This document shows, one piece after another, positions 48,662 through 59,083 of a stretch of 64,000 bases of DNA (position 1 is the first letter of the stretch; every line of letters starts with the position of its first letter). The stretch is from Candidatus Bathyarchaeia archaeon (GTDB lineage: Archaea > Thermoproteota > Bathyarchaeia > 40CM-2-53-6). The translations under genes and the position numbers were made by a program. The stretch covers positions 160,001-224,000 of the forward strand of contig JBEKFP010000003.1 in NCBI GenBank assembly GCA_050013255.1, written 5' to 3'. The notes beneath the pieces are model-generated. The model did no database searches, was not told the origin of the DNA, and saw only the letters and a program-made list of their open reading frames with translations.

Positions 48662-49306
48662 TTAGAACAGAAGCGGCAACAGCTTCCAGCGCGTCTTTTG
48701 CGCGTAGGCTTGGTACGCTTTGTCTTCCTTCAGGAGTCGCTCTTCTCCCTGCAACCTCAGAACAAGAAAGAAGCTAGCTATTGCAAATATGAGCAAGTTG
48801 AAGAGTAAAAAATTATTGAGGACGAAACCAGCTTCGACGAGAATGTAGCCCGAGTACATCGGGTGCCGCACGATGCGGTACATTCCATTCGTTTTGATGC
48901 CCCGGTTTTCAGGGCCAATCCCGAAACTCTTATTCAACGATAAGATTGCTCCAACTGTCTGAACCGCGCCCACAAAAACAAACAGATCACCGACAAGTGA
49001 ACCACTCGAACCAACCGCTGGCCGAAAGAACATTGGCGAAACTAACGCGACGAGTGTGTAGACATAGTCTGAAATCCTAGACGAAAAAACAACCATGCTC
49101 TTTCTGATAGCAAACAGAGCAAGAGCCGTTACCTGATAGATCAGGAAGAACGTCTGGTATAACAAGAATGAAGGCTGAAGTTGGAGATTGAAGAAGAATG
49201 AACGAGCATAAACTAAAAGAAAATAGAAGGCGAGTATTACAAATATTAAATCTGTAAATAATGGGAGAACACGAGCCCCGCTCACCTTGCTCATATCTTT
49301 CTCCAT
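48662..49306 (-). CDS. Isoprenylcysteine carboxyl methyltransferase-family membrane protein
   Basis: GMYRIVRHPMY, EERLL, Y..Y; start ATG 49306 or 49294. Confidence 0.85.
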   Translation of the reverse strand: MEKDMSKVSGARVLPLFTDLIFVILAFYFLLVYARSFFFNLQLQPSFLLYQTFFLIYQVTALALFAIRKSMVVFSSRISDYVYTLVALVSPMFFRPAVGSSGSLVGDLFVFVGAVQTVGAILSLNKSFGIGPENRGIKTNGMYRIVRHPMYSGYILVEAGFVLNNFLLFNLLIFAIASFFLVLRLQGEERLLKEDKAYQAYAQKTRWKLLPLLF

Positions 49307-49400
49307 ACCAGGTCTCTCAGGAAGAACGCTTTGGTATCCTCTGCGAGCAGCTTCGGTTCCCCTGAAACTGCGAAATGACCGCCGGTGGGCGGTTCGGAGT

Positions 49401-50795
49401 TTAGGATATAGGGTGGGTGCGAAGGGCTTTGATGGATTCCTCCGCGGCGGTGAGTGTTTCTTCAATTTCGCGCTCTGTGTGGACCGCTGAGAGGGAGATG
49501 CGTTCAAGCCCATCGGGGTGCATGTAGACGCCGTGTTTCAGCATCTCATCCCTGAAGCGTTTGTACTTCTCCTGGTCCGACTGGGCTGATTGTCTGTAGG
49601 TGGAGACCTTACGAAGTTTTGTGAAGTAGATGGAGAGCAACGGACCGACATTGTTAACGACCACTTGGTAACCTGCCTCTCGGAATTTCGAGGACAGGCC
49701 TTCCTTCAGTTTTGCACCATTGGCTGCCATTCGACGGAAAGCTACGCCATCGTTCTCCATCAATGTCTCCAAGGTTGCTTTTGAAGCGGCGAGCGAGAGT
49801 GGGTTAGAATTGTATGTTCCGCCGAAGCCTATTCTTCCAGGCCCAATCATGCTCATGAACTCCCTTTTCCCAGCAACTGCGGCCACGGGGGCGCCGCCTC
49901 CAAGTGCTTTAGCGAAGCATGCAAGGTCGGGGATTACGCCGTACAATTCTTGCGCACCGCCTTTCGCAACACGGAAACCTGTTAGGACTTCGTCGAAGAT
50001 GAGCAAGACATCATACTTGATGGTCAGTTCGCGCAGGTGCTTGAGGTATTCAGGTTCGGGTGGAATGACGCCTTGGTTTGCCATCACCGGTTCAGTTATG
50101 ATGGCTGCCACGTCGCTGCTGTGTTTCTTGAGTATGCGTTCTAGGGCGGCTAGATTGTTCCATGGAGCGACGATCACAGTTTTCGCGACCTCTTCGGGGA
50201 TGCCAGGGAAGTAAGGTAGCCTAGTCGGGCTCGCTTCTAACCCTGCGACAGGGGAAGGCGCGTCCACGCTGAAGAGAACGGAATCGTGGTGGCCGTGGTA
50301 GTGGCCTTCGAATTTGATCAGCTTATCCTTCCCAGTGACTGCCCTTGCAATCCGCAGCGCTTCCATTGTTGCTTCGGTGCCTGTGTTTGCGAAAGTGACC
50401 ATCTCCGCGCAGGGAACTGCGCTGGTGACCATCTTCGCAACCTCAATTTCCAGTTCGGTTGTGGTACCGAACATGGTGCCATCTTGCAGTTGCTTCTGAA
50501 TTGCGGAGATTACCTTGGGGTGCCTGTGGCCGAGAATCAGGGCGCCGTACGCCATGAGGTAATCAATGTACTTGTTCCCGTCTACGTCCCAAACTCTTGG
50601 TCCTTCACCATTCTTGAAGAGGATTGGGAAGGGTTCATGCATGTGAACTCGGACGTTGGATGACGCTCCGGCAGGCATGTAGATTCTGGCCTGTTCGTTT
50701 AGCTGCCTCGATCTCTCAAGTGAGGCGACCTCCGGTATTGGATTAATCACGCCGAGAAGTTTTCGTTCTTCGCGGCGGTCTAGGAGGGCTTCCAT
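49401..50795 (-). CDS. Glutamate-1-semialdehyde aminotransferase-like class III aminotransferase
   Basis: DVDGN.YID, GTEAT, FEGHYHG, FDEV.TGFR, AKALGGG, GGTYNSNP. Confidence 0.88.
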   Translation of the reverse strand: MEALLDRREERKLLGVINPIPEVASLERSRQLNEQARIYMPAGASSNVRVHMHEPFPILFKNGEGPRVWDVDGNKYIDYLMAYGALILGHRHPKVISAIQKQLQDGTMFGTTTELEIEVAKMVTSAVPCAEMVTFANTGTEATMEALRIARAVTGKDKLIKFEGHYHGHHDSVLFSVDAPSPVAGLEASPTRLPYFPGIPEEVAKTVIVAPWNNLAALERILKKHSSDVAAIITEPVMANQGVIPPEPEYLKHLRELTIKYDVLLIFDEVLTGFRVAKGGAQELYGVIPDLACFAKALGGGAPVAAVAGKREFMSMIGPGRIGFGGTYNSNPLSLAASKATLETLMENDGVAFRRMAANGAKLKEGLSSKFREAGYQVVVNNVGPLLSIYFTKLRKVSTYRQSAQSDQEKYKRFRDEMLKHGVYMHPDGLERISLSAVHTEREIEETLTAAEESIKALRTHPIS

Positions 50796-51265
50796 TTCTA
50801 TCAACTCTTTCACACAGAATTTGCCTAGTTCTACCATATAAGATAGTATTATGGTTCTCACGCTCGTTTTTCACATTTTTTGACCTCAAAATTGCGTTTT
50901 CTGACTCCAAAGTGTCAGGGAAAAATCGAATCCAAAGGAATTCCGGATGAATTTGAACTGTTCAACTGTAAGCTTCACAATTCAATATGATTTAAACCGA
51001 TTAGGCATTTGAAACGGAAGATCCGCAAGGTTGGCGTGTCGATATGCTGGCCGTTCTTCGGTCGGAGCTGACATCGACCCGGGAAACGTTCGTGATTTCT
51101 CGGAAACAAGTTCGATTGAACCATAGGCAGAGGTAAGGGTGTTAGTCACCCACGAGCGCACCGCCAAATTAGTTTAACCCATTTTCAGTTGGCTAAACAA
51201 ACAAAATGCTACAGCTAAATGCTAAACGTTAAAGCTAGATTGCCGGCACGTATCTCCGCTAGTAG

Positions 51266-53140
51266 ATGGGATCTATTTTGCAGATGAAGTTTCGATTGGG
51301 CAGAGCAGCTATTGGAAAGATGCAGGGCATCTTAGTAATCGTAGTGTTACTGCTTGTGATTGCCGGAGGTGTATACTTCTACTCTTCAAACAGGCCCGGA
51401 ACCCCAAGTACAACCACCCAGGCGCCTACGACGCTAGTTGTGGAAGAAGAAAGCCAGCCCGACTCAATGGATCCTGCGGTCAGTTACGCAACTTCTGGAT
51501 GGGAAGTTGTCGAGCAAGTCTACCAGGGACTCCTCGCACCGAACGGCCAAAGCTACACCACCTACGTAGGCGTTCTCGCACAAGACTGGACAGTTTCCGC
51601 TGACGGGATGACTTACACATTCACGCTGAGGCCAGGCGTGACATTCAGCAACGGTGATCCATTCAATGCCTTTGTGATGTGGTTCTCGATTTACCGGACC
51701 CTTGTAATGAATCAGGGACCCGCATGGATTCTTGGTCAGAATCTCGGTGCCTCGAATGGCGCCGGCTTCAATATTACCGATAGTATCCTGAATTCCATAA
51801 ACTACACAAGTCCGTCCCCAAGGGATTTGAATTACATGACCTATCCGAATCAATCGGTTCAAGTGACCGGGCCCAATCAACTGATTATGCATCTTGGATA
51901 CGGTTACAACGGGCAGCTACCCTATTCGTCGTTTCTAGCCACACTCAGTACACCTACGGCTTACGCTGTCGACCCGATCGTTGTGGAAGCAAACGGTGGG
52001 GTTTTGGCGGATCAACCGAACAATTGGATGGAAACTAATGCCGTCGGAACGAGCTTCTACAAGCTTCAATCATGGATCCAAGGCCAGAGCGTGACCCTAG
52101 TCAAGAACCAAAACTATTGGGGGGCGAATGTTCCAGCATCGGAGGAAAATTCTGCGATACAGCCCGCTATCATTAACACCGTAAACTTGTACTATAAACC
52201 CACTTCCACCATGGTTGCTGACCTAAAGTCCGGCTTTGCTCAAATCATCGTTGCCCCAACGTCCCAGCATGGTGTTCTAAGTCAAATTCAAGGGGTTTCC
52301 GTATCAGTTTTGCCGCCTGTATTCGGCTCAGCGCAAGGTGTCCACTTCCTATACATGGACCCATATGCCTTTCAGCCCTTCCAAGACGTTCGGGTCAGAG
52401 AAGCTATCGCCAATGCAATCGATTACAAATCCATAATTCACACAGTCTTCAATGACCAGGCAACTCAATGGATTGGCCCAGTGCCACCCGGCTTTCCATA
52501 TTACAATGAATCAACCACAGGCCTGCAACCATACCAATTTGACCCAGCGATGGCTGCGAATTTGCTCGCCCAGGCCGGGTACAAGGCCACCCTTCCCGAT
52601 GGAACGAAACTCAATCCTGGCGGGAAGACTTTTCCAGCCGTTAACTTTCTGTACGATGCTGACTCATCCACAGAGGGACAGACCGCCGAAATCATAGCGA
52701 CGGAATTGGGTTCCATAGGAATTACAGTGACGCTCACGCCGCTAACGTTTAAGCAATATGCAAATGTCATAACCAGCACGTCAGACGCAAGCACAACGCC
52801 TTACCCATTTGGAATAAGCTTCTACAGCGAAGACTACACAGCTAGCATAGACTACGTGTCAGCCATTACCACAACTCCACAGATAGGCTTCTCCGCATAT
52901 AGCAATGACACCGTTGCGGGTTGGACAACTGCGGCGGCCTCAGCTCTAGATGAGAACACAGTAATCAGTAATTTTAGTCAAATCACAAAAGCCATGTATT
53001 ACGATTACACGGACATATGGTTGTACGTGCCGTACTTCATGACAGCCAACAAGAGCAATGTTGTCGGAATGATACCGAACCCTGCAGGCTCTGGTGCAGC
53101 ATACTTCATGTTCTACAATACAGTCCACTACAGCCCCTAG
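51266..53140 (+). CDS. Dpp/Opp (family 5) substrate-binding protein
   Basis: N-terminal TM anchor, S.DPA, YTFTLRPGVTFSNG.PFNA, VREAIA.AID. Confidence 0.9.
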   Translation: MGSILQMKFRLGRAAIGKMQGILVIVVLLLVIAGGVYFYSSNRPGTPSTTTQAPTTLVVEEESQPDSMDPAVSYATSGWEVVEQVYQGLLAPNGQSYTTYVGVLAQDWTVSADGMTYTFTLRPGVTFSNGDPFNAFVMWFSIYRTLVMNQGPAWILGQNLGASNGAGFNITDSILNSINYTSPSPRDLNYMTYPNQSVQVTGPNQLIMHLGYGYNGQLPYSSFLATLSTPTAYAVDPIVVEANGGVLADQPNNWMETNAVGTSFYKLQSWIQGQSVTLVKNQNYWGANVPASEENSAIQPAIINTVNLYYKPTSTMVADLKSGFAQIIVAPTSQHGVLSQIQGVSVSVLPPVFGSAQGVHFLYMDPYAFQPFQDVRVREAIANAIDYKSIIHTVFNDQATQWIGPVPPGFPYYNESTTGLQPYQFDPAMAANLLAQAGYKATLPDGTKLNPGGKTFPAVNFLYDADSSTEGQTAEIIATELGSIGITVTLTPLTFKQYANVITSTSDASTTPYPFGISFYSEDYTASIDYVSAITTTPQIGFSAYSNDTVAGWTTAAASALDENTVISNFSQITKAMYYDYTDIWLYVPYFMTANKSNVVGMIPNPAGSGAAYFMFYNTVHYSP

Positions 53141-54196
53141 GTGAATCCTTCGGTCTACCTCAAGGATTTTCTTAGTCTCCTTGTAAAGAGAACTATAGGC
53201 GCGATTGGAGTTTCACTTGGAACAATCACAATAATCTTCCTCATCTCACACGTCCTCAGCCCCAACCCAGCCCGTCTTTGGGCAGGACCGAGGGCGAGGG
53301 CCTCGACAATTCTAGCAGTCCAAGCGAGGTACCATTTGAACGACCCAATCTTCTTGCAATTCTACTATTTCCTGCGCGACCTAATTACTGGCAACTTCGG
53401 GATTGACCCGCTAAGCGGACAACCAATTCTCGCCGAGATCCGGTTCTACCTCCCAAACACGCTCGAGTTGGTGTTCGTTTCATTCGCAATTTTGGTGGTA
53501 GTAGGGATCGGGTTAGGCTACATGTCAGGGATGCGGTTCAGCACTCCCGTGGATTCTATGATAAGAACAATCTACTTGGCCTCTTGGTCAACTCCAATGT
53601 ACCTAGCAGCCATTCTCGGAATCTTGGTTTTCGCCACATACATTCCAATATTTCCGTCCGGCGGGATGTACTCGTTATCGCTCTCCCCCGTGCGAAGCGT
53701 GACTGGGTTCTTCCTCGTGGATTCTTTAATCGAACTCAACATCCCGGCATTTCTGTCTGGCCTTCAACACCTCATTCTGCCCGCCGTAGTTTTAGCGGCT
53801 GTCAACTTCGGCTTGATCTCGAGAGCCGTTAGGTCTTCAATCCTGAATGTGAGATGGTCGACCTACGTGAAGACTGCACGAGCAAAGGGTTTGAACGAAG
53901 ATGAAGTGAAACGTAAACACATTCTCAGAAATGCGTTGATAGATGCTACAAGCCTTAGCGCTGTTTTGTTTGGTTGGGTTCTGACAGGAACCGTGGTGGT
54001 GGAGGAGTTATTCGCGTGGCCGGGTTTAGGGCAGTTCGCATTTCAGGCCATATACTCTAACGATTACCCTGTCCTGATTCCGATAGTTGTGGTGTTCACG
54101 CTCGGCGTAATCATAGCCAACTTTGTCGCGGACGTGCTTTATTCAATTCTTGATCCACGAATAGCGATGGGTGCTCAAACTGGCGCAATCTCTTAA
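53141..54196 (+). CDS. dppB: Dpp/Opp permease B
   Basis: YVKTARAKGL, EELFAWPGLG, DPRI. Confidence 0.9.
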   Translation: MNPSVYLKDFLSLLVKRTIGAIGVSLGTITIIFLISHVLSPNPARLWAGPRARASTILAVQARYHLNDPIFLQFYYFLRDLITGNFGIDPLSGQPILAEIRFYLPNTLELVFVSFAILVVVGIGLGYMSGMRFSTPVDSMIRTIYLASWSTPMYLAAILGILVFATYIPIFPSGGMYSLSLSPVRSVTGFFLVDSLIELNIPAFLSGLQHLILPAVVLAAVNFGLISRAVRSSILNVRWSTYVKTARAKGLNEDEVKRKHILRNALIDATSLSAVLFGWVLTGTVVVEELFAWPGLGQFAFQAIYSNDYPVLIPIVVVFTLGVIIANFVADVLYSILDPRIAMGAQTGAIS

Positions 54197-55121
54197 GTTC
54201 AGGCAACTGCTCTTTTCGAACCGCCTTTCCGCGTTAGGCCTTGTTATCGTTATAATTTCAGTTACATTAGCGGTCCTATTCAGTCTCTTAGGCAGAGGAA
54301 TTACGCCGTATGACCCATATGCGCTCAACCTTCAACAATCAAACCTTCCCCCTAGTACCTCCCATTTCTTTGGGACCGATTTTCAAGGACGTGATATTTT
54401 CTCAAGGGTAATCGCTGCTCTGCCTATAGACCTCGGCCTACCTATCGCGATCGTTTTGTTTTCGTCCATGTTGGGAATTTTCCTGGGGATGGCGGCCGGC
54501 TATTTGGGAGGATTAGTCGATGAGGTTGTCATGAGGGTTACGGATCTTTTTCTCGCCTTTCCGACTATAATCATGGTCCTCGCTGTTGCGGCAACCCTCG
54601 GTTCGGGCTTAGTAAATGCGACCCTGGCCTTCATCTTCGTTTGGTGGCCGCCCTACGTCAGATTGGTCAGGGGCGGCGTGCTCGAGGTTGCTGCCGAGGA
54701 TTTCATTGCTGTTTCCAAAGCGTTGAATTCATCCGTCCGCAACATAATGTTCAGGGGTATTCTTCCGAACATAATACCGTCTGTTCTGACTTATGCAACC
54801 CTTGATGTCGGGACAGCACTTCTTGAGGTATCCATACTCGGCTTTCTCGGTGTCGGAATCCCGCCAGGAACCCCAGAACTGGGCACGATGGTGGGTTCCA
54901 TCAGCTACGGCCTCTATACCTATCCTTGGCAGGCCCTCATACCAGCCTTCGTAACGATGATCCTAGCCGTCGGGTTCAGTTTCTTGGGAGAAGGCGCGAG
55001 AGAAGCTTCCGACGTGAAGGTTAGGCCCTACATTCTCTTCAGAGCGTTCCGGAAAACACCGCTGCCCGGGCGGGTCCCGATTACGCAGCCGGCGATTTCA
55101 ACTCCGAGTTCTGGAGATTAG
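54171..55121 (+). CDS. dppC: Dpp/Opp permease C
   Basis: FGTD.QGRD, ILPN, FLG.G..P..PE.G. Confidence 0.9.
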   Translation: MLKLAQSLKFRQLLFSNRLSALGLVIVIISVTLAVLFSLLGRGITPYDPYALNLQQSNLPPSTSHFFGTDFQGRDIFSRVIAALPIDLGLPIAIVLFSSMLGIFLGMAAGYLGGLVDEVVMRVTDLFLAFPTIIMVLAVAATLGSGLVNATLAFIFVWWPPYVRLVRGGVLEVAAEDFIAVSKALNSSVRNIMFRGILPNIIPSVLTYATLDVGTALLEVSILGFLGVGIPPGTPELGTMVGSISYGLYTYPWQALIPAFVTMILAVGFSFLGEGAREASDVKVRPYILFRAFRKTPLPGRVPITQPAISTPSSGD

Positions 55122-56079
55122 TTTTCGCATACAAATGGCAAGCGGCAAACTGGTCGGAACCCAGATTGTACATCGGCGGGGGTTCCACACATTTGTCGAA
55201 CACAGAGGGACAAATCTTGCTGTATATGCACCCGCTAGAAGCTGGCCCCTGCTCACTCAACAACTCCTGTTTCACCTCAACACGTTGAAGCCGCGGAACG
55301 TTCGCCATTAATTTCACCGTGTAAGGGTGCTTGGAATTAGTGACCACGTCGTACGTTCGGCCTACTTCCACAAGTTTTCCGTAGTAGAGGATTCCCAGGG
55401 AATCGCTCATGTACTTGATGACATTGATGTCATGCGTAATGAAAAGAATGGAAAGCGACAACTCTGACTTCAGGTTCCTGAGCGTGTTCAAAACTTGCGC
55501 TTGGATTGACACGTCCAACGAGCTCGTGGGTTCATCCAGCACGAGTAACTTCTTTGGTACGACAAGCGACCTTGCAAGGCTCACCCTCTGCTTTTCACCG
55601 CCGCTAAGCTCCCTCGGATAGGCCTTGATGGCGCTTTTCCGCAAGCCCACTTGGTCAATGATCTCATTGATTCTCTTGTCGTAATCTTTCCTATCGAATT
55701 CCTTCGTGGCAACGAGAGCCTCTTTCAGAATTTCGCTGACTTTCAAACGGGGGTTCAGGGAGCCAACTGGGTCTTGGAAAACTATTCCGATGTTTCGCCT
55801 CAAGTAGGTTACGTCCGCCTTTTTGCGGAAATTTACCTCCCTGCCCAGCAGGGTGATGGATCCAGCTCTAGGCTTGTAGAGGCCCACTAGGACTCTGGCG
55901 ATTGTTGATTTTCCGGATCCGGTTTCCCCTGCTAACCCGAAGGTTTCTCCTTCCCGAACCTGGAACGAGACATCGTCAACTGCGTTTATCGTCTTTGAAG
56001 ACCGTTCGAATAATAGTGAGCTAGTTCCTCTTGCCCGGAAGGTAACTGTGAGGCCATCTGCCTCGACAATATTGCTCAT
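55081..56079 (-). CDS. dppF: Dpp/Opp ATPase F
   Basis: GETGSGKST, LSGGEKQR, LDVSIQAQ, HPYT, C-terminal Cys cluster. Confidence 0.9.
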   Translation of the reverse strand: MSNIVEADGLTVTFRARGTSSLLFERSSKTINAVDDVSFQVREGETFGLAGETGSGKSTIARVLVGLYKPRAGSITLLGREVNFRKKADVTYLRRNIGIVFQDPVGSLNPRLKVSEILKEALVATKEFDRKDYDKRINEIIDQVGLRKSAIKAYPRELSGGEKQRVSLARSLVVPKKLLVLDEPTSSLDVSIQAQVLNTLRNLKSELSLSILFITHDINVIKYMSDSLGILYYGKLVEVGRTYDVVTNSKHPYTVKLMANVPRLQRVEVKQELLSEQGPASSGCIYSKICPSVFDKCVEPPPMYNLGSDQFAACHLYAKTNLQNSELKSPAA

Positions 56080-57089
56080 TTTTTCTCTTCCAACCAGCAG
56101 GCGACCCGCGCCCCATCAGGGGCTTCGAAAATCGGTGGCTCAGTTTCCTTGCATTTCGGCATAACGAATGGACACCTGGGGTGGAATTTGCATCCAGCAG
56201 GCAGTCGCCTGAGGTCGGGGGCTTCGCCGGTAGGAGCAGGTAGCGGGGGGGAATCAACGAAGCCTTGTGGAATAGCAGCCATCAATTTCTGCGTGTAAGG
56301 GTGCCGAGAGTTATTCAACACGTTCTCAGCTTTGCCCTCTTCCATCACCCTGCCAGCATACATCACACATAACCTATCACAAATCTGAGAAGCGACTGTT
56401 AGGTCATGCGTAATCAATATCATCGTTGTCCCAGTGCGTTTATTCAAATCCTTGAGTATGGTCAATATCCTGTTCTGGACGTAAACATCAAGCCCAGTGG
56501 TCACCTCATCCAGAATCAGCAACCTCGGCTTTTCCACTATGGCCATAGCTATCGAGATGCGCTGCCTCATGCCGCCAGAAAGCTCATGGGGGTACTTCTT
56601 CAAAACAACCTCTGGCTTGTCAAGCCGCAAATCTTTGAGAATCTCAACCATCATTTCGGCTTCTGCTCCAGCCGTAAGGTGCAGTTTCTGCGCTCTCTGA
56701 AGAACTTCTATCGACTCTCTTAGCTGCGTTTCAGTCTTGTAAACCGGGTTTAGCGCAGCCAATGATTCTTGGAACACCATTCCTATTGCTGTTCCGCGAT
56801 AGCGTGTTAACTCGGCGGGGTTCAACGAGCGCATGTCGGTTCCTTCGAAGGCTATGGAGCCCTTGATGATGTCTGCAGGCGGCGAGTCTAGTAGGCCGAT
56901 TATTGCTAAACCAAGTGTCGTCTTGCCAGACCCGCTCTCACCCACAATCCCAACTATCTCCCCTTTCTCAATGTGCAATGAGACATTCTCAAGAACGCGC
57001 GCCCGTCCGTCGACCGTCGCGTAATCTAAGGTCAGCCCATCAACCGCTAGAAGGTTACGGCTGGGCACTTCAGGCGATTCCATAAACAC
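56076..57089 (-). CDS. dppD: Dpp/Opp ATPase D
   Basis: GESGSGKT, YPHELSGGMRQR, HPYT, GC.FHPRC. Confidence 0.9.
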   Translation of the reverse strand: MFMESPEVPSRNLLAVDGLTLDYATVDGRARVLENVSLHIEKGEIVGIVGESGSGKTTLGLAIIGLLDSPPADIIKGSIAFEGTDMRSLNPAELTRYRGTAIGMVFQESLAALNPVYKTETQLRESIEVLQRAQKLHLTAGAEAEMMVEILKDLRLDKPEVVLKKYPHELSGGMRQRISIAMAIVEKPRLLILDEVTTGLDVYVQNRILTILKDLNKRTGTTMILITHDLTVASQICDRLCVMYAGRVMEEGKAENVLNNSRHPYTQKLMAAIPQGFVDSPPLPAPTGEAPDLRRLPAGCKFHPRCPFVMPKCKETEPPIFEAPDGARVACWLEEKK

Positions 57090-57370
57090 ATCTCATTCGA
57101 CTGGGACCAAATTCAAAGGGCTTGCGTGACCCGTTTGCGATTTCTCAGCCAATCTAATCCAATCTCTCCAGCTTGAGATTAAATTCTTGTGGTATAATGC
57201 GCATGAAAGCTCGGGTTACCTCGTTGCAGCCCCAATACTCAAACAATGCCTGTTTGCCCCGTTTGGAAGAAAAGGATTCGTGAAGAAGATGGGGTCCATT
57301 TCGATTCGGAAGCAGCACGGTAAAAAGACAGACATAGCTTGTTGGGTCGCCGCCAAGAGCCACCACTGGT

Positions 57371-58702
57371 TTGGTCGGGCCGACCGAGGGAATCAACTTG
57401 GCTTCCTCAAGTGAGAACGTAAAATCAAAGGATGTTAAGCACGATTGGATTTACTCCACTCTGCCCATTAACATTGCAATTGGGCCCGTATCAACATTCG
57501 TTCAATTGTACATTCTGACCCTCCATGGGACGGTGATCGATATTGCCCTCGCAACTACACTGTTCAATGCGGTAACTATCCCAGCCGCAATCATCTGGGG
57601 GTTTACAACAGACCGTTCTGAAAGAAGAAAACCAATCATAGTCCTGAGTTACGTGGCCGTTGGAGCAACGCTCATCCTGTTTGTATCTGCCAGAACGATC
57701 TATGGAGTGGACGTTCTTTACTCAATCTTCTCACTTGTCTCATCTGCGGCTGCGACGCCGTTGAACATGCTGATAATGGAAACTCAGCCGAAGGCTCGTT
57801 GGGCGCTTGTCTTTGCCCGCTTGTCGATGATGTCGAGTGTCGGCGTAGTCGGTGGATTGCTGCTTGGTGTTGCGTGGGGCGATTTCCTGCCATTCACTCT
57901 TCTCGTCATTCCACTAACGTGGCTCTCGATACTCTCGGCCGCAATGTCGGCGGTTATGGTCAAGGAGCCTGGCTTCGCCTTTGAACGTGATATGATTGTA
58001 ATGTTCAGCCGGAGCTTCTTCCAGCGGCTCTTAGCGTTGCCCCTATTCTTCTTGAAGATACCGAGCTTGATGGATTTCAGGCGGTTCTTCAAAGGCGGAA
58101 GGTCTCCGTTAACCCGGGAGCCCGTTCTGCTTTACAGCTCTATTGCGGCATTCTATTTCGCTAGTGGAATATTCAACACGTCCCTGGTTCCGTCGCTTTA
58201 CAAGGCCAATGTTTCAAAGAGTGGGGTCTTCCTTGTATCCCTAATCTCAATGATTGTTCAAACAATTTCGTTTAGTTACTATGGGAAGCGTATGAATCAG
58301 CAAAACTTGAGGCAGAGTGCCTTCGGGGGGCTTGTGCTGCGGTCTGTTAGCTATTTGGCGATAGGCGTCTCCGCTTTCTTCTTCACAGGGCTTCCATTCT
58401 TGGCGTATACGACAGTATTCTACACGTTGGCCGCGGGGCTTGCTTATGCAGTCTACTATGCGGCTTCCAATGTGATGGTCTTCAACACGCTGGGCCGAAG
58501 TGGGCAGGGCTCCGCCTTGGGGATATACAGCGCCCTCGTAGGGTTCGCAACAATGATAGGCTCATTCATCTCAGGATTCATCTCCTTCTACACAGGATTC
58601 TACCTAACCTTCCTAATCGCAGGGCTATTCATGGCCAGTGGAGCGGCCTTCACGTACTTGCTTAGCCCTTCGAACCCTTACTTCGATGAAGATGTTGCGT
58701 GA
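57371..58702 (+). CDS. MFS transporter
   Basis: About 12 TM; WG..TDR..RRK motif A; start may be TTG 57398. Confidence 0.88.
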   Translation: MVGPTEGINLASSSENVKSKDVKHDWIYSTLPINIAIGPVSTFVQLYILTLHGTVIDIALATTLFNAVTIPAAIIWGFTTDRSERRKPIIVLSYVAVGATLILFVSARTIYGVDVLYSIFSLVSSAAATPLNMLIMETQPKARWALVFARLSMMSSVGVVGGLLLGVAWGDFLPFTLLVIPLTWLSILSAAMSAVMVKEPGFAFERDMIVMFSRSFFQRLLALPLFFLKIPSLMDFRRFFKGGRSPLTREPVLLYSSIAAFYFASGIFNTSLVPSLYKANVSKSGVFLVSLISMIVQTISFSYYGKRMNQQNLRQSAFGGLVLRSVSYLAIGVSAFFFTGLPFLAYTTVFYTLAAGLAYAVYYAASNVMVFNTLGRSGQGSALGIYSALVGFATMIGSFISGFISFYTGFYLTFLIAGLFMASGAAFTYLLSPSNPYFDEDVA

Positions 58703-58735
58703 TGGCCTTCCATTCCGGAAAGGTATGACGGAAGT

Positions 58736-59002
58736 TTAGTTTGGTTCGGCGTCTCTGCGTTTTAGGAATAGTACCATGAGCCCAACGGTTGTTAGAAGTG
58801 GAATCGTGAGGTCGATATGTTCAGGGACGGACGTTGCGGAGACCATCGTGACCTGACTAGTGCTGCTTGGACTTGGGGTAGTTGTCATCGTCTTGCTTCC
58901 TCCTCCGCCGCCATAGCCTGCTCCAAAGTCTGGGAGGGCTGAGGACAGGACTGGAATCAAGGAAAGGATGAGAAAGCTACAAAGGAGCCATTTCCTGGTC
59001 AC
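58736..59002 (-). CDS. Small exported protein with PEF-CTERM-like sorting signal
   Basis: Signal peptide, G- and T/S-rich linker, VPEH plus TM plus KRR. Confidence 0.65.
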   Translation of the reverse strand: MTRKWLLCSFLILSLIPVLSSALPDFGAGYGGGGGSKTMTTTPSPSSTSQVTMVSATSVPEHIDLTIPLLTTVGLMVLFLKRRDAEPN

Positions 59003-59083
59003 TAGGTCACACCTACTACAGACGTAGTATGTTTACTGATTCATAACCCTTACGCCCAAACAGCTAACGCGACCGGTTGCCAA

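Noticed and set aside
57154-57414. Short ORFs between dppD and the MFS gene
   Set aside because: No motifs; probably divergent promoter region or decayed sequence
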